A stretch of 64,000 nucleotides of DNA, taken from Macrostomum lignano (lineage: Eukaryota). Positions 12,719 through 27,300 of the stretch are shown here, in pieces; the stretch's first letter is position 1; every line of letters starts with the position of its first letter. The position numbers and the translations under genes are program-made. The stretch spans positions 50,444-114,443 of the forward strand of contig NIVC01000973.1 in the NCBI GenBank assembly GCA_002269645.1. Direction: 5' to 3'. The notes below the pieces were generated by a model. That model did not search any database, was not told where the DNA came from, and worked only from the letters and a program-made list of their open reading frames with translations.

Positions 12719-15680
12719 CTAGACTTTATAGCAGACAGTCTGGCGAGGCCGAAGCTCGTACGGCTCTCGCTGGCCACTGTTCATTGGCGCCACCGTTGGT
12801 TCCGGATCAGGAAGGTGCTCAACCATGGCGTCAGGAAGCTGCTCCGGCAACTCCGCCTCAGGTTCGGCCCCCTCAGGCGACCCAGGCGCACTCGGCCGGT
12901 CGGTCCACTGATTCGAGTGCGCCAGCCGCAGGCCGCCGTCCGATTGGTCCGCAGGGGCTACCAGCGCCGTGTTCTGGCCGTGCTGCACCACGAACTTGGC
13001 CGGAACCGGCGAAAATCCCGGACGCATCCTCAGCCAGATTGGATCGCCCACCTGCTCAGTCATGGTTAGCGGGTGGCGAAGGCGACGACCCCACATCAGA
13101 ACGTCCGGAGATGCCGCTCGATTTCCACTGGGCCGGCTGGTCCTGATCGTCAGCAGCAGTTTCTGCAGGAAGTGGTCGAACGGCACCATCTTCGTCCACG
13201 CCTTGAGTCCATCCTTGATGATCCTCACCAGCCTTTCTGCCTGACCGTTCGAGGCCGGATGGTACGGTGGAGTGTGCAGCTCCTGGCACCCGATGCTGCG
13301 CAGCCACTGGGACACTTACTCCGACTTGAACTCCGGCGCATTGTCTGACACCAGCGTCCGAGGCACTCCGTTCCTGGCAAATACCGCTCTCAGAACCCGC
13401 AGGACACTGTCCGCAGTTTGGTCTGGCACCTGAATCGCCTCAGGCCACCCGGAGTAGGAGTCCGACAGCAGCAGTAGCAGGCCGACATCAGAAATCTCAC
13501 AATGGTCCATGTGAACCCGGGACCACGGCTCACTCTCGGCTGGCCAGGTGTCGATTCTCCGCTGCAGGACTGGCCGAGTTTCAGAGCACTGCTGGCAGCG
13601 CTCCACAAAGCTGCGAACATCGCGATCGAGACCCGGCCACCAGAACTCCTTGGAGATGTGCGCCTTGGTGTTGTCGGCGCTCGGATGCACCTCGTCGTGC
13701 GCCACCTCCAGAATGCGCCTGCGGAGAACAGGTGGGGGCACAATTCTGGTTCCGTGGATCACCAGACCGTCTTCCACCGACAGCGCCTCCCGGCACGCTT
13801 TGTACGGCCTCTCCACCTGCGACACCTGGCCCCACCGGCCTGTTCTGATCTTCTGCTGCAGCCGCTTCATCAACGCGCACATCCTGGTTCCCTCACGAAG
13901 ATCCTGCAGAGTCACAAGAGCTCCTTCTGACACGACCTCTTCATGCTCCAGCTGGTGCACGGCGTCACTTGGAGGGTCTTGGGCAGCAAAACTCAAACGA
14001 GACAAGGCATCCGCATCCACCATCAGTCTTCCTGGCACATACTCAACCTCGTAGTCAAAAGCAGATAGTCGCAGGGCCCAGCGAGTTAGTCTTGCCGACA
14101 CTGTTTTAGGAAGGTTCTTGCTTGCTGGGATTGAAGATGTACTTCAGTGGCTCGTGGTCAGTCTGGAGCGTGAACCTCTTCCCCAGGAGCATCTTGCGGG
14201 CTCGCTCCACCGCCCAGACAATGGCCAGAGCCTCCCGCTCAATGTTGGAGTAGTTGGCCTCAGACTTGGTCAGCGCCCGAGAGAGGTACATGACTGGGTG
14301 CCCTGACTGCACCAGCACAGCGCCCAGAGACTGCTCGCTAGCATCCACCCGCAGACACACCGGCGAGTTGACGTCAAACGGTTTCACACACGGATTCGAG
14401 CTCAGGCTCTGCTTCACATTGGTGAACGCCGCCTCGGCAGCCGCACTCCAGTCAAACACACGGTCCGCTCGACGAAGTTCCTGCAGAGGCCGACACTTCT
14501 CAGCAAAGTTGGGAACCAATCGACCATAGAACTGCGCAAGTCCCAGAAACCGCTCTAGATCCTTCTTGCTTTTCGGAGCCTCCACATCCTGAATCTTCTG
14601 CACCATTCCCGGATCCGGCTTGATCCCCTCTTCATCGATGATGTGGCCCAGGAACTTTAGGCTTCTGGCCTCCAAAATGCACTTCGCTTCGTTGATTTTC
14701 ACATTAGCCGCCCTCAGCTTGTCCAGTACCTTCTCTCTGATATTCTGCAGCTCCGCCTTTGACACCGCTCCCATGAGCACATCATCCTGGTACACGATGA
14801 CACTTGGTTGCTCACCCAGCAGCTTCTCTATCTCGCGCTGGAACACAGACGGAGAAACCTTGATGCCGTACGGCAGCCTAAAGCGGTAGCAGCCGAAAGG
14901 GGTGTTGATCGTGGTGATGTCTTTTGACTCATTTTCCAGCGGAACCTGATAATAAGCGTCAGATAAATCCAGTCGGCAGAACAACTTCTTGTTTGCCATC
15001 TTTGAGAAGGCTGTCTCGATGGACGGAGTCAAGTACGTCTGGTCCTGCACCCACTGATTGACAGCAGTGTAGTCTCCGCAGATCCTCACAGACATCTTGT
15101 CGGATTTCACCGTCACCACTATGGGGCTGCCTTACCTCTGAGGACGTCACCTTCTCGCCTTCTCCATCAGGTCCAGCTCCTTCACCAGTGGACGCAGCGC
15201 CAGCGGCAGCTCTCTGGCTGGTTGGAAAATCGGCCTGGCTCCCGCCTTCAACAGGATCTCGCCAACTGCTCCCTTGATGCCCAACAAGCTCTCGTACCTG
15301 TTGTTGCTAGGCGGCTTGGTCTCATCTGAGTGGTGAGCTGGCAGCGAGCTGAGCAGATCCCGGCCGAGCAACCCGAACTTCTGCTCGCATTCGATGACGG
15401 GCAGCTCCGCCGCAGCGAAGCGGCCATCAGGGCCGTCAGTCTCCACCAGGCACTCCAGGATGCCGAGCTGCTTCATCACGTGCCCGTCGTAGGCCAGCAT
15501 CCGAGACTTGGGCGACTTCAGTGGCGGCCTGCCGAATTCTTCCCAGATCTTTCTCGAGATTAGTGAGCACGAGGCGCCGCTGTCCTTTTCCATTTTGACC
15601 TGCCTTCTGTTGATTTTCACATCGCAGAATGCAGCAGGGGTGCCCGCACCGCAGTAGAAAACCGGCTCGTCTCTGGTCAC
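12719..15680 (-). pseudogene. pol: Gypsy pol (protease-RT-RNase H-integrase), frameshifted
   Basis: PR KDSGASCSLIS (15147..15680); RT LDLSDAYYQ and YQDDVL, RNase H DASEQSLGAVL..EREALAIVWA..TDHEPL (14106..15119); IN HDEVH..CQQC, VHMDH, SDNAPEF (13316..14101) and YHPASNGQAER (12719..13315). Pieces lie in different frames. Confidence 0.95.
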
Positions 15681-15737
15681 GGCTGAGTCAGAGTGCTTGG
15701 ATTCGTTGGGTGCGACAAAGTGGGTCCTGGCAGTCCG

Positions 15738-16566
15738 GCAGACCTTCGCGAAGTGGCCAGTCTTCCCGCACTTGTGACAGGTGACCTTCAGGGCCCGGCA
15801 GTCTGTCGGTCTGCGATGTTGCGCCTGGCCGCAGCGCTGGCAGCTCGGCCTCCACCGGCTCTGGGCCTCACCATCTCAGCCGCGTTGATGCTGTTGGCAC
15901 CAGCAGAATCCTCTTCTGGCACCTCCTGGCTAGCGGGCGATGCCTGATGCACCGCCGAGTCTCCTTCAGCTTGGCCGGAGGCAGTCAGTGGCCCGAACGA
16001 AAATTTGCTCACCATCTGAAGTTGCTGCACGTACTCGGAGATCTGGCTCACCGAGAGCTCTGCGGAGACTTCGCGCTCGAGAACCTTGCTCCGGACCTCC
16101 TGGTTGCTGAGACCGGCGATGAGGCGCATTTTGATCAGCTGCTCAGCTGGATCAACATTCTCGCCCTTCAGCTTCTCGAATTCGCACACCACTGCCTGCT
16201 CTTGAAGTCGGGCAGCGAAGCCGGCAACCGTCTCGCCGTCTCCTTGGCGATGGACATGAAAGCCGCTCTCTCGGCAATCAGCAGCCTCTTCTTGGGCTCC
16301 AGAAACCGCACGAGGCACTCCTTGATTTCCGCCCACTTCATCTGCGAGAGCGGTTTGGGCGCGACCAGCTGCTTCACTTTGATGAGCTGTGCCACGCCAA
16401 GGCAGCCAAAGAAGGCATCGGTCAACGCCAGATTGCCGGCTGTGTCATCAGTGCGATCGGTGTCCTTCAATCCTTTTGATCGCGCCTGGGCGTCAAAGAC
16501 CTCGATCCATGCCCGCAACTCTTCAATGTTGTTGAGAGGCAGTGGGTCTCGTAGCTTTATAGACAT
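15738..16566 (-). pseudogene. gag: Gypsy gag with two zinc knuckles, frameshifted
   Basis: ATG at 16566 (MSIKLRDP..). Hand translation of 15842-15738 gives CQRCGQAQHRRPTDC..CHKCGKTGHFAKVC. ORFs 16168..16665 and 15788..16336 are in different frames. Confidence 0.88.
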
Positions 16567-16572
16567 CTGTAG

Positions 16573-16590
16573 ATCCTGCTTGCGACGCCA
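16573..16590 (-). promoter_or_regulatory. Primer binding site TGGCGTCGCAAGCAGGAT
   Basis: 18 nt starting TGG, 3 nt inside the 5' LTR boundary; complementary to a tRNA 3' end ...GACGCCA (possibly tRNA-Ser, inference). Confidence 0.85.
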
Positions 16591-16593
16591 AAA

Positions 16594-16867
16594 TGTTGAA
16601 ATGAACAAGTCATGAGCTGAGAGTATGCGAGACAAGACGATAGTGCCAACAGCACCGACAACCAACGATACGATTTATTACAAGCGAGGTTCAATAGTAG
16701 CCACCCCCACCCCAGGGCTAAAACACCAAAAATGTACATTAAAATCACGATAGAGCAGAGACGTGCAAAGAGCGTAAGCCACGGACCATGAGTACACGCA
16801 CAGAGTTAAGAACACAAACAATACACGGAGTAAAAGCGCACCCCAACCCCACGCACCAGGCCCAACA
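16594..16867 (-). repeat. 5' LTR
   Basis: TG...CA, near-identical to 12389-12663. Confidence 0.95.
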
Positions 16868-16938
16868 AACCGCAAGCAAATTTTTAGTCCCAACCCATCC
16901 AAACTCTATCAGTCTAAGTACTGACGTTGAGACTCATA

Positions 16939-17054
16939 GGGCCCGTTCTATAAAGCCATCGTAAGATAAGATCGTTCTTAGCTCCTATCTCCGCAGTGTA
17001 AAAGTTCCGACGTAAGTTCGAACTTACGCTACGACAGCTTTATAGTACGACCCC
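16939..17054. mobile_element. 116-bp MITE-like element with imperfect TIRs
   Basis: Left end GGGCCCGTTCTATAAAGCCATCGTA versus reverse complement of right end GGGGTCGTACTATAAAGCTGTCGTA; no clean TSD. Confidence 0.6.
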
Positions 17055-17351
17055 ATTGTCCATTGAATCCTAGTTTATTTATCTGGCAAATAGTACACTT
17101 AGCAGCCGTAAAGTAGCAATAGGTTTGCTATATTTTTAGCAACAACAGTCTCACACTCCATGACTCATTTGAAATTTTTATTAGATAAACGATTTAAAGT
17201 AAATTTAAGTACCCTAGTGTCTAAGTCTCAGTCGCATTTTCACAGGTACCAACATTTACTTGCTTTAGCCATCCAGCTCAATGGTTATAAAAAAGATCTT
17301 TGAGCGATACAGACTTGCTAGCAAACCCACTCTAAAAACCACCAGCCCCCA

Positions 17352-18146
17352 TCACAGCCTCGTTGATCGCCTCGAGTACGCCGCGCTGGACCCCTCAACT
17401 TTCCTGCCCCGAAAAGCGATGACGCTGATCCGAGCCAGCAGCTCGAACAGCTCGCACAGGGTGAGCACGCTGACGCCCATGTACAGTCCGAGGATGCCGC
17501 CAATGTCCGAGGCCAGGTCCTGCAGCTGGTAGGCCCAGCTCTCCTCCGTCAGCGCGCCGAGACCCTGCGCGTCGGCTGGTCGAAATCGAAGGGCGAGAAA
17601 GTTTTTCAAGGCCGAGCTGAGAGGAGTGCCAGGTAGGGATGCGTAGGCCCGGTGCAGATTCCAGCTGGCAGACCGAATGAACGCTTCGTTCAAAGACTGG
17701 TTTGTCTTGGAGGATCCGTTCAGGAAGTACGCGTTCGACTCGAGCCAGCGCTGCACCACCGGCTGCAGGAAGGCGTCCACAGACACTGGCCAAGAGGCCG
17801 CCATGAAGCCAGTCGTGTAGATGCCACCTCGGCAGAAGTCCAGGCATTCGCCGAGTCGCCGATCCGCCGTGGCGGCCACTCGAGCAAGCCGCAGGCAGGA
17901 TTCGTTCTCCAGCAGGCGCCGAATGATGTCAGGCATGTCCGTCTGGCTGGAGGAGTTGCCGAACGCCTGGCTGTACACCGCATCAATCAGCTGAGTTGGC
18001 GACATGCCGTCAGCAGTTGACGCCGACGCTGGCAGCAGGTTGCTGAGGTTGCCACGCCTCGGCTTGTCGGCGAGGTCCGCCCTCAGCGGCAGGCTGGGGT
18101 CGATGAAGCCGCACCTGCCCAGCAGAACGTCTTGGGACACGGTCAC
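17352..18146 (-). CDS. DEG/ENaC (ASIC-like) channel, exon 5 (last): thumb, knuckle, TM2, C-terminus
   Basis: TM2 signature DLASDIGGILGLYMGVSVLTLCE (GxS filter); acceptor TCAG| at 18147; phase 0. Confidence 0.93.
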   Translation of the reverse strand: MTVSQDVLLGRCGFIDPSLPLRADLADKPRRGNLSNLLPASASTADGMSPTQLIDAVYSQAFGNSSSQTDMPDIIRRLLENESCLRLARVAATADRRLGECLDFCRGGIYTTGFMAASWPVSVDAFLQPVVQRWLESNAYFLNGSSKTNQSLNEAFIRSASWNLHRAYASLPGTPLSSALKNFLALRFRPADAQGLGALTEESWAYQLQDLASDIGGILGLYMGVSVLTLCELFELLARISVIAFRGRKVEGSSAAYSRRSTRL

Positions 18147-18331
18147 CTGACAGTCAGACAGGTGCGCCTGAGAGAGTGGGTTGAGATTTCAGTGATATCG
18201 ATTCAATATTTTAGTGATAATCTTAATAAATTATCTTTGAGGTGCCACGAGACCGCCCGGACGGGATGTAAACGTCATATTAATGCCGTTAAGACGCCGC
18301 TGAAACGTCATTCGGACGTCCTCAAGAGCCA

Positions 18332-21300
18332 TTAGACACCATCGAAGCTTCATTCAGACACCATCGAAGCTTCATTCAGACACCATCGAAGCCTCATTCA
18401 GACATCATCAAAGCTTCATTCAGACACCATCGAAGCTGCATTCAGACACCATCGAAGCTTCATTCAGACACCATCGAAGCTTCATTCAGACACCATCGAA
18501 GCTGCATTCAGACATCATCGAAGCTTCATTCAGACACCATCGAAGCTTCATTCAGACACCATCGAAGCTGATCATTCAGACACGATCGAAGCTTCATTCA
18601 GACACCATCGAAGCTTCATTCAAACACGATCGAAGCGTCATTCAGACACGATCGAAGCTTCATCCAGACACGGTCAAAGCTTCATTCAGACATCATCAAA
18701 GCTTCATTCAGACACCATCAAAGCTGCATTCAGACACGATCGAAGCTTCATTCAGACACCATCGAAGCTTCATTCAGACATCATAAAAGTTTCATTCAGA
18801 CACCATCGAAGCTTCATTCAGACATCATCTAAGCTTCATTCAGACATCATCGAAGCTTCATTCAGACACCATCGAAGCTTCATTCAGACACCATCGAAGC
18901 TTCATTCAGACATCATCAAAGCTTCATTCAGACACCATGGAAGCTTCATTCAGACATCATCGAAGCTTCATTCAGACATCATCAAAGCTTCATTCAGACA
19001 CGATCGAAGCTTCATTCAGACACCATCGAAGATTCATTCAGACATCATCAAAGCTTCATTCAGACACGATCGAAGCTTCATTCAGACACCATTAAAGCTT
19101 CATTCAGACACCATCGAAGCTGATCATTCAGACACGATCGAAGCTTCATTCAATTACCATCGAAGCTTCATTCAAACACCATCGAAGCTTCATTCAGACA
19201 CCATCGAAGCTTCATTCAGACATCATCGAAGCGTCATTCATACACGATCGAAGCTTCATCCAGACACGGTCGAAGCTTCATTCAGACACCATCGAAGCTT
19301 CATTCAGACACCATCAAAGCTTCATTCAGACACCATCGAAGCTTCATACAGACACCATCGAAGCTGCATTCAGACATCATCAAAGCTTCATTCAGACACC
19401 ATCGAAGCTGCATTCAGACATCATCAAAGCTTCATTCAGACACCATTGAAGCTTCATTCAGACATCATCGAAGCTTCAGTCAGACATCATCAAAGCTTCA
19501 TTCAGACACAATCAAAGCTTCATTCAGACACCATCGAAGCTTCATACAGACACCATCGAAGCTTCATTCAGACACCATCGAAGCTTCATACAGACACCAT
19601 CGAAGCTTCATTCAGACACCATCGAAGCTTCATTCAGACACCATCGAAGCTTCATTTAGACACCATCGTAGCTTCATTCAGACACCATCGAAGCTGATCA
19701 TTCAGACACCATCGAAGCTGATCATTCAGACACCATCGAAGCTTCATTCAGACACCATCGAAGCTTCATTCAGACACGATCGAAGCTGATCATTCAGACA
19801 CCATCGAAGCTGATCATTCAGACACCATCGAAGCTTCATTCAGACACCATCGAAGCTTCATTCAGACACGATCGAAGCTTCATTCAGACACCATCGAAGC
19901 TGATCATTCAGACACCATCGAAGCTGATCATTCAGACACCATCGAAGCTGATCATTCAGACACCATCGAAGCTGATCATTCAGACACGATCGAAGCTTCA
20001 TTTAGACATCATCGAAGCTTCATTCAAACACGATCAAAGCGTCATTCAGACACGATCGAAGCTTCATCCAGACACGGTCCAAGCTTCATTCAGACACCAT
20101 CGAAGCTTCATTCAGACACCATCGAAGCTGCATTCAGACATCATCGAAGCTTCATTCAGACATCATCAAAGCTTCATTCAGACACCATCGAAGCTTCATT
20201 CAGACACGATCGAAGCTTCATTCAGACACCATCGAAGCTGATCATTCAGACACCATCGAAGCTTCATTCAGACACCATCGAAGCTTCATTCAGACACCAT
20301 CGAAGCTTCATTCAGACACCATCGAAGCTGATCATTCAGACACCATCGAAGCTTCATTCAGACATCATCAAAGCTTCATTCAGACATCATCAAAGCTTCA
20401 TTCAGACACCATCGAAGCTGCATTCAGACATCATCAAAGCTTCATTCAGACACCATCGAAGCTGCATTCAGACATCATCGAAGCTTCATTCAGACATCAT
20501 CAAAGCTTTATTCCGACACCATCGAAGCTTCATTCAGACACCATCGAAGCTTCATTCAGACATCATCAAAGCTTCATTCAGACACGATCGAAGCTGCATT
20601 CAGACATCATGGAAGCTTAATTCAGACATCATCGAAGCTTCATTCAGACATCATCAAAGCTTCATTCAGACACGATCGAAGCTTCATTCAGACACCATCG
20701 AAGCTTCATTCAGACACCATCGAAGCTTCATTCAGACATCATCAAAGCTTCATTCAGACACGATCGAAGCTTCATTCAGACACCATTAAAGCTTCATTCA
20801 GACACCATCGAAGCTGATCATTCAGACACGATCGAAGCTTCATTCAATTACCATCGAAGCTTCATTCAAACACCATCGAAGCTTCATTCAGACACCATCG
20901 AAGCTTCATTCAGACATCATCGAAGCGTCATTCATACACGATCGAAGCTTCATCCAGACACGGTCGAAGCTTCATTCAGACACCATCGAAGCTTCATTCA
21001 GACACCATCAAAGCTTCATTCAGACACCATCGAAGCTTCATACAGACACCATCGAAGCTGCATTCAGACATCATCAAAGCTTCATTCAGACACCATCGAA
21101 GCTGCATTCAGACATCATCAAAGCTTCATTCAGACACCATCGAAGCTGCATTCAGACATCATCGAAGCTTCAGTCAGACATCATCAAAGTTTCATTCAGA
21201 CACCATCAAAGCTTCATTCAGACACCATCGAAGCTTCATACAGACACCATCGAAGCTTCATTCAGACACGATCGAAGCTTCATTTAGACACCATCGTAGC

Positions 21301-24300
21301 TTCATTCAGACACCATCGAAGCTGATCATTCAGACACCATCGAAGCTGATCATTCAGACACCATCGAAGCTTCATTCAGACACCATCGAAGCTTCATTCA
21401 GACACCATCGAAGCTTCATTCAGACACCATCGAAGCTTCATTCAGACACCATCGAAGCTGATCATTCAGACACCATCGAAGCTGATCATTCAGACACCAT
21501 CGAAGCTGATCATTCAGACACCATCGAAGCTGATCATTCAGACACGATCGAAGCTTCATTTAGACATCATCGAAGCTTCATTCAAACACGATCAAAGCGT
21601 CATTCAGACACGATCGAAGCTTCATCCAGACACGGTCCAAGCTTCATTCAGACACCATCGAAGCTTCATTCAGACACCATCGAAGCTTCATTCAGACACC
21701 ATCGAAGCTGATCATTCAGACACCATCGAAGCTGATCATTCAGACACCATCGAAGCTGATCATTCAGACACCATCGAAGCTGATCATTCAGACACGATCG
21801 AAGCTTCATTTAGACATCATCGAAGCTTCATTCAAACACGATCAAAGCGTCATTCAGACACGATCGAAGCTTCATCCAGACACGGTCCAAGCTTCATTCA
21901 GACATCATCAAAGCTTCATTCAGACACCATCGAAGCTGCATTCAGACATCATCGAAGCTTCATTCAGACATCATCAAAGCTTTATTCCGACACCATCGAA
22001 GCTTCATTCAGACACCATCGAAGCTTCATTCAGACATCATCAAAGCTTCATTCAGACACGATCGAAGCTGCATTCAGACATCATGGAAGCTTAATTCAGA
22101 CATCATCGAAGCTTCATTCAGACATCATCAAAGCTTCATTCAGACACGATCGAAGCTTCATTCAGACACCATCGAAGCTTCATTCAGACACCATCGAAGC
22201 TTCATTCAGACATCATCAAAGCTTCATTCAGACACGATCGAAGCTTCATTCAGACACCATTAAAGCTTCATTCAGACACCATCGAAGCTGATCATTCAGA
22301 CACGATCGAAGCTTCATTCAATTACCATCGAAGCTTCATTCAAACACCATCGAAGCTTCATTCAGACACCATCGAAGCTTCATTCAGACATCATCGAAGC
22401 GTCATTCATACACGATCGAAGCTTCATCAGACACGGTCGAAGCTTCATTCAGACACCATCGAAGCTTCATTCAGACACCATCAAAGCTTCATTCAGACAC
22501 CATCGAAGCTTCATACAGACACCATCGAAGCTGCATTCAGACATCATCAAAGCTTCATTCAGACACCATCGAAGCTGCATTCAGACATCATCAAAGCTTC
22601 ATTCAGACACCATCGAAGCTGCATTCAGACATCATCGAAGCTTCAGTCAGACATCATCAAAGTTTCATTCAGACACCATCAAGCTTCATTCAGACACCAT
22701 CGAAGCTTCATAGACACCATCGAAGCTTCATTCAGACACGATCGAAGCTTCATTTAGACACCATCGTAGCTTCATTCAGACACCATCGAAGCTGATCATT
22801 CAGACACCATCGAAGCTGATCATTCAGACACCATCGAAGCTTCATTCAGACACCATCGAAGCTTCATTCAGACACCATCGAAGCTTCATTCAGACACCAT
22901 CGAAGCTTCATTCAGACACCATCGAAGCTGATCATTCAGACACCATCGAAGCTGATCATTCAGACACCATCGAAGCTGATCATTCAGACACCATCGAAGC
23001 TGATCATTCAGACACGATCGAAGCTTCATTTAGACATCATCGAAGCTTCATTCAAACACGATCAAAGCGTCATTCAGACACGATCGAAGCTTCATCCAGA
23101 CACGGTCCAAGCTTCATTCAGACACCATCGAAGCTTCATTCAGACATCATCAAAGCTTCATTCAGACACCATCGAAGCTTCATTCAGACACCATCGAAGC
23201 TTCATTCAGACACGATCGAAGCTGATCATTCAGACACCATCGAAGCTGATCATTCAGACACCATCGAAGCTTCATTCAGACACCATCGAAGCTTCATTCA
23301 GACACGATCGAAGCTTCATTCAGACACCATCGAAGCTGATCATTCAGACACCATCGAAGCTGATCATTCAGACACCATCGAAGCTGATCATTCAGACACC
23401 ATCGAAGCTGATCATTCAGACACGATCGAAGCTTCATTTAGACATCATCGAAGCTTCATTCAACACGATCAAAGCGTCATTCAGACACGATCGAAGCTTC
23501 ATCAGACACGGTCCAAGCTTCATTCAGACACCATCGAAGCTTCATTCAGACACCATCGAAGCTGCATTCAGACATCATCGAAGCTTCATTCAGACATCAT
23601 CAAAGCTTCATTCAGACACCATCGAAGCTTCATTCAGACACGATCGAAGCTTCATTCAGACACCATCGAAGCTGATCATTCAGACACCATCGAAGCTTCA
23701 TTCAGACACCATCGAAGCTTCATTCAGACACCATCGAAGCTTCATTCAGACACCATCGAAGCTTCATTCAGACACCATCGAAGCTTCATTCAGACATCAT
23801 CAAAGCTTCATTCAGACATCATCAAGCTTCATTCAGACACCATCGAAGCTGCATTCAGACATCATCAAAGCTTCATTCAGACACCATCGAAGCTGCATTC
23901 AGACATCATCGAAGCTTCATTCAGACATCATCAAAGCTTCATTCCGACACCATCGAAGCTTCATTCAGACACCATCGAAGCTTCATTCAGACATCATCAA
24001 AGCTTCATTCAGACACGATCGAAGCTGCATTCAGACATCATGGAAGCTTATTCAGACATCATCGAAGCTTCATTCAGACATCATCAAAGCTTCATTCAGA
24101 CACGATCGAAGCTTCATTCAGACACCATCGAAGCTTCATTCAGACACCATCGAAGCTTCATTCAGACATCATCAAAGCTTCATTCAGACACGATCGAAGC
24201 TTCATTCAGACACCATTAAAGCTTCATTCAGACACCATCGAAGCTTCATTCAGACACGATCGAAGCTTCATTCAATTACCATCGAAGCTTCATTCAACAC

Positions 24301-27300
24301 CATCGAAGCTTCATTCAGACACCATCGAAGCTTCATTCAGACATCATCGAAGCGTCATTCATACACGATCGAAGCTTCATCAGACACGGTCGAAGCTTCA
24401 TTCAGACACCATCGAAGCTTCATTCAGACACCATCAAAGCTTCATTCAGACACCATCGAAGCTTCATACAGACACCATCGAAGCTGCATTCAGACATCAT
24501 CAAAGCTTCATTCAGACACCATCGAAGCTGCATTCAGACATCATCAAGCTTCATTCAGACACCATCGAAGCTGCATTCAGACACATCGAAGCTTCATTCA
24601 GACATCATCAAAGTTCATTCAGACACCATCAAAGCTTCATTCAGACACCATCGAAGCTTCATACAGACACCATCGAAGCTTCATTCAGACACGATCGAAG
24701 CTTCATTCAGACACCATCGAAGCTTCATTCAGACACCATCGAAGCTTCATTCAGACACCATCGAAGCTTCATTCAGACACCATCGAAGCTTCATTCAGAC
24801 ACCATCGAAGCTTCATTCAGACACCATCGAAGCTTCATTCAGACACCATCGAAGCTTCATTCAGACACCATCGAAGCTGATCATTCAGACACCATCGAAG
24901 CTTCATTCAGACACCATCGAAGCTTCATTCAGACACCATCGAAGCTGATCATTCAGACACGATCGAAGCTTCATTCAGACACATCGAAGCTTCATTCAGA
25001 CACGATCGAAGCTGATCATTCAGACACGATCGAAGCTTCATCCAGACACGGTCGAAGCTTCATTCAGACACCATCGAAGCTTCATTCAGACACCATCGAA
25101 GCTTCATTCAGACACCATCGAAGCTTCATTCAGACACCATCGAAGCTTCATTCAGACACGATCGAAGCTTCATTCAGACACATCGAAGCTTCATTCAGAC
25201 ACATCGAAGCTTCATTCAGACACCATCGAAGCTTCATTCAGACACCATCGAAGCTTCATTCAGACACCATCGAAGCTTCATTCAGACATCATCGAAGCTT
25301 CATTCAGACATCATCAAAGCTTCATTCAGACACCATCGAAGCTGCATTCAGACATCATCGAAGCTTCATTCAGACATCATCAAAGCTTCATTCAGACACC
25401 ATCGAAGCTGCATTCAGACACCATTAAAGCTTCATTCAGACATCATCAAAGCTTCATTCAGACACCATCGAAGCTGCATTCAGACATCATCAAAGCTTCA
25501 TTCAGACATCATCAAAGCTTCATTCAGACACCATCAAAGCTTCATTCAGACACCATCGAAGCTTCATTCAGACACCATCGAAGCTTCATTCAGACACCAT
25601 CGAAGCTTCATTCAGACATCATCGAAGCTTCATTCAGACACCATCGAAGCTTCATTCAGACATCATCAAAGCTTCATTCAGACACGATCGAAGCTTCATT
25701 CAGACACCATCGAAGCTTCATTCAGACACCATCAAAGCTTCATTCAGACACCATCGAAGCTTCATTCAGACATCATCAAAGCTTCATTCAGACACATCGA
25801 AGCTTCATTCAGACACCATCGAAGCTTCATTCAGACATCATCAAAGCTTCATTCAGACACGATCGAAGCTTCATTCAGACACCATCGAAGCTTCATTCAG
25901 ACACCATCGAAGCTTCATTCAGACACGATCGAAGCTTCATTCAACACCATCGAAGCTTCATTCAGACACCATCGAAGCTTCATTCAGACACCATCGAAGC
26001 TTCATTCAGACACATCGAAGCTTCATTCAGACACGATCGAAGCTTCATTCAGACACCATCGAAGCTTCATTCAGACACCATCGAAGCTTCATTCAGACAC
26101 CATCGAAGCTTCATTCAGACACCATCGAAGCTTCATTCAGACACCATCGAAGCTTCATTCAGACACCATCGAAGCTGATCATTCAGACACCATCGAAGCT
26201 TCATTCAGACATCATCGAAGCTTCATTCAGACACCATCGAAGCTGATCATTCAGACACCATCGAAGCTTCATTCAGACACCATCGAAGCTTCATTCAGAC
26301 ATCATCAAAGCTTCATTCAGACATCATCAAAGCTTCATTCAGACACCATCGAAGCTGCATTCAGACATCATCGAGGCTTCATTCAGACATCATCAAAGCT
26401 TCATTCAGACACCATCGAAGCTGCATTCAGACACCATTAAAGCTTCATTCAGACATCATCAAAGCTTCATTCAGACACCATCGAAGCTGCATTCAGACAT
26501 CATCAAAGCTTCATTCAGACATCATCAAAGCTTCATTCAGACACCATCAAAGCTTCATTCAGACACCATCGAAGCTTCATTCAGACACCATCGAAGCTTC
26601 ATTCAGACACCATCGAAGCTTCATTCAGACATCATCGAAGCTTCATTCAGACACCATCGAAGCTTCATTCAGACACCATCAAAGCTTCATTCAGACACCA
26701 TCGAAGCTTCATTCAGACACCATCGAAGCTTCATTCAGACACCATCAAAGCTTCATTCAGACACCATCGAAGCTTCATTCAGACATCATCAAAGCTTCAT
26801 TCAGACACGATCGAAGCTTCATTCAGACACCATCGAAGCTTCATTCAGACATCATCAAAGCTTCATTCAGACACGATCGAAGCTTCATTCAGACACCATT
26901 AAGCTTCATTCAGACATCGAAGCTTCATTCAGACACGATCGAAGCTTCATTCAGACACCATCGAAGCTTCATTCAGACATCATCGAAGCTTCATTCAGAC
27001 ACATCGAAGCTTCATTCAGACACATCGAAGCTTCATTCAGACACCATCGAAGCTTCATTCAGACACCATCGAAGCTTCATTCAGACACCATCGAAGCTTC
27101 ATTCAGACACCATCGAAGCTCATTCAGACACCATCGAAGCTTCATTCAGACACCATCGAAGCTTCATTCAGACACCATCGAAGCTTCATTCAGACACCAT
27201 CGAAGCTTCATTCAGACACCATCGAAGCTTCATTCAGACACCATCGAAGCTTCATTCAGACACATCAAAGCTTCATTCAGACACCATCGAAGCTTCATTC

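Larger units (their letters stand above)
12389..16867 (-). mobile_element. Full-length Ty3/Gypsy LTR retrotransposon (Mag-like), 4479 bp
   Basis: Two ~274-bp TG...CA LTRs; 5-bp TSD AACCG (12384-12388 and 16868-16872); PBS; order gag(2xCCHC)-PR-RT-RH-IN. Confidence 0.97.

Noticed and set aside
12473-16902. Twin ORFs 12473..12709 and 16678..16902, and antisense ORFs within the Gypsy element
   Set aside because: They are translations of the LTRs or shadows of pol on the opposite strand.
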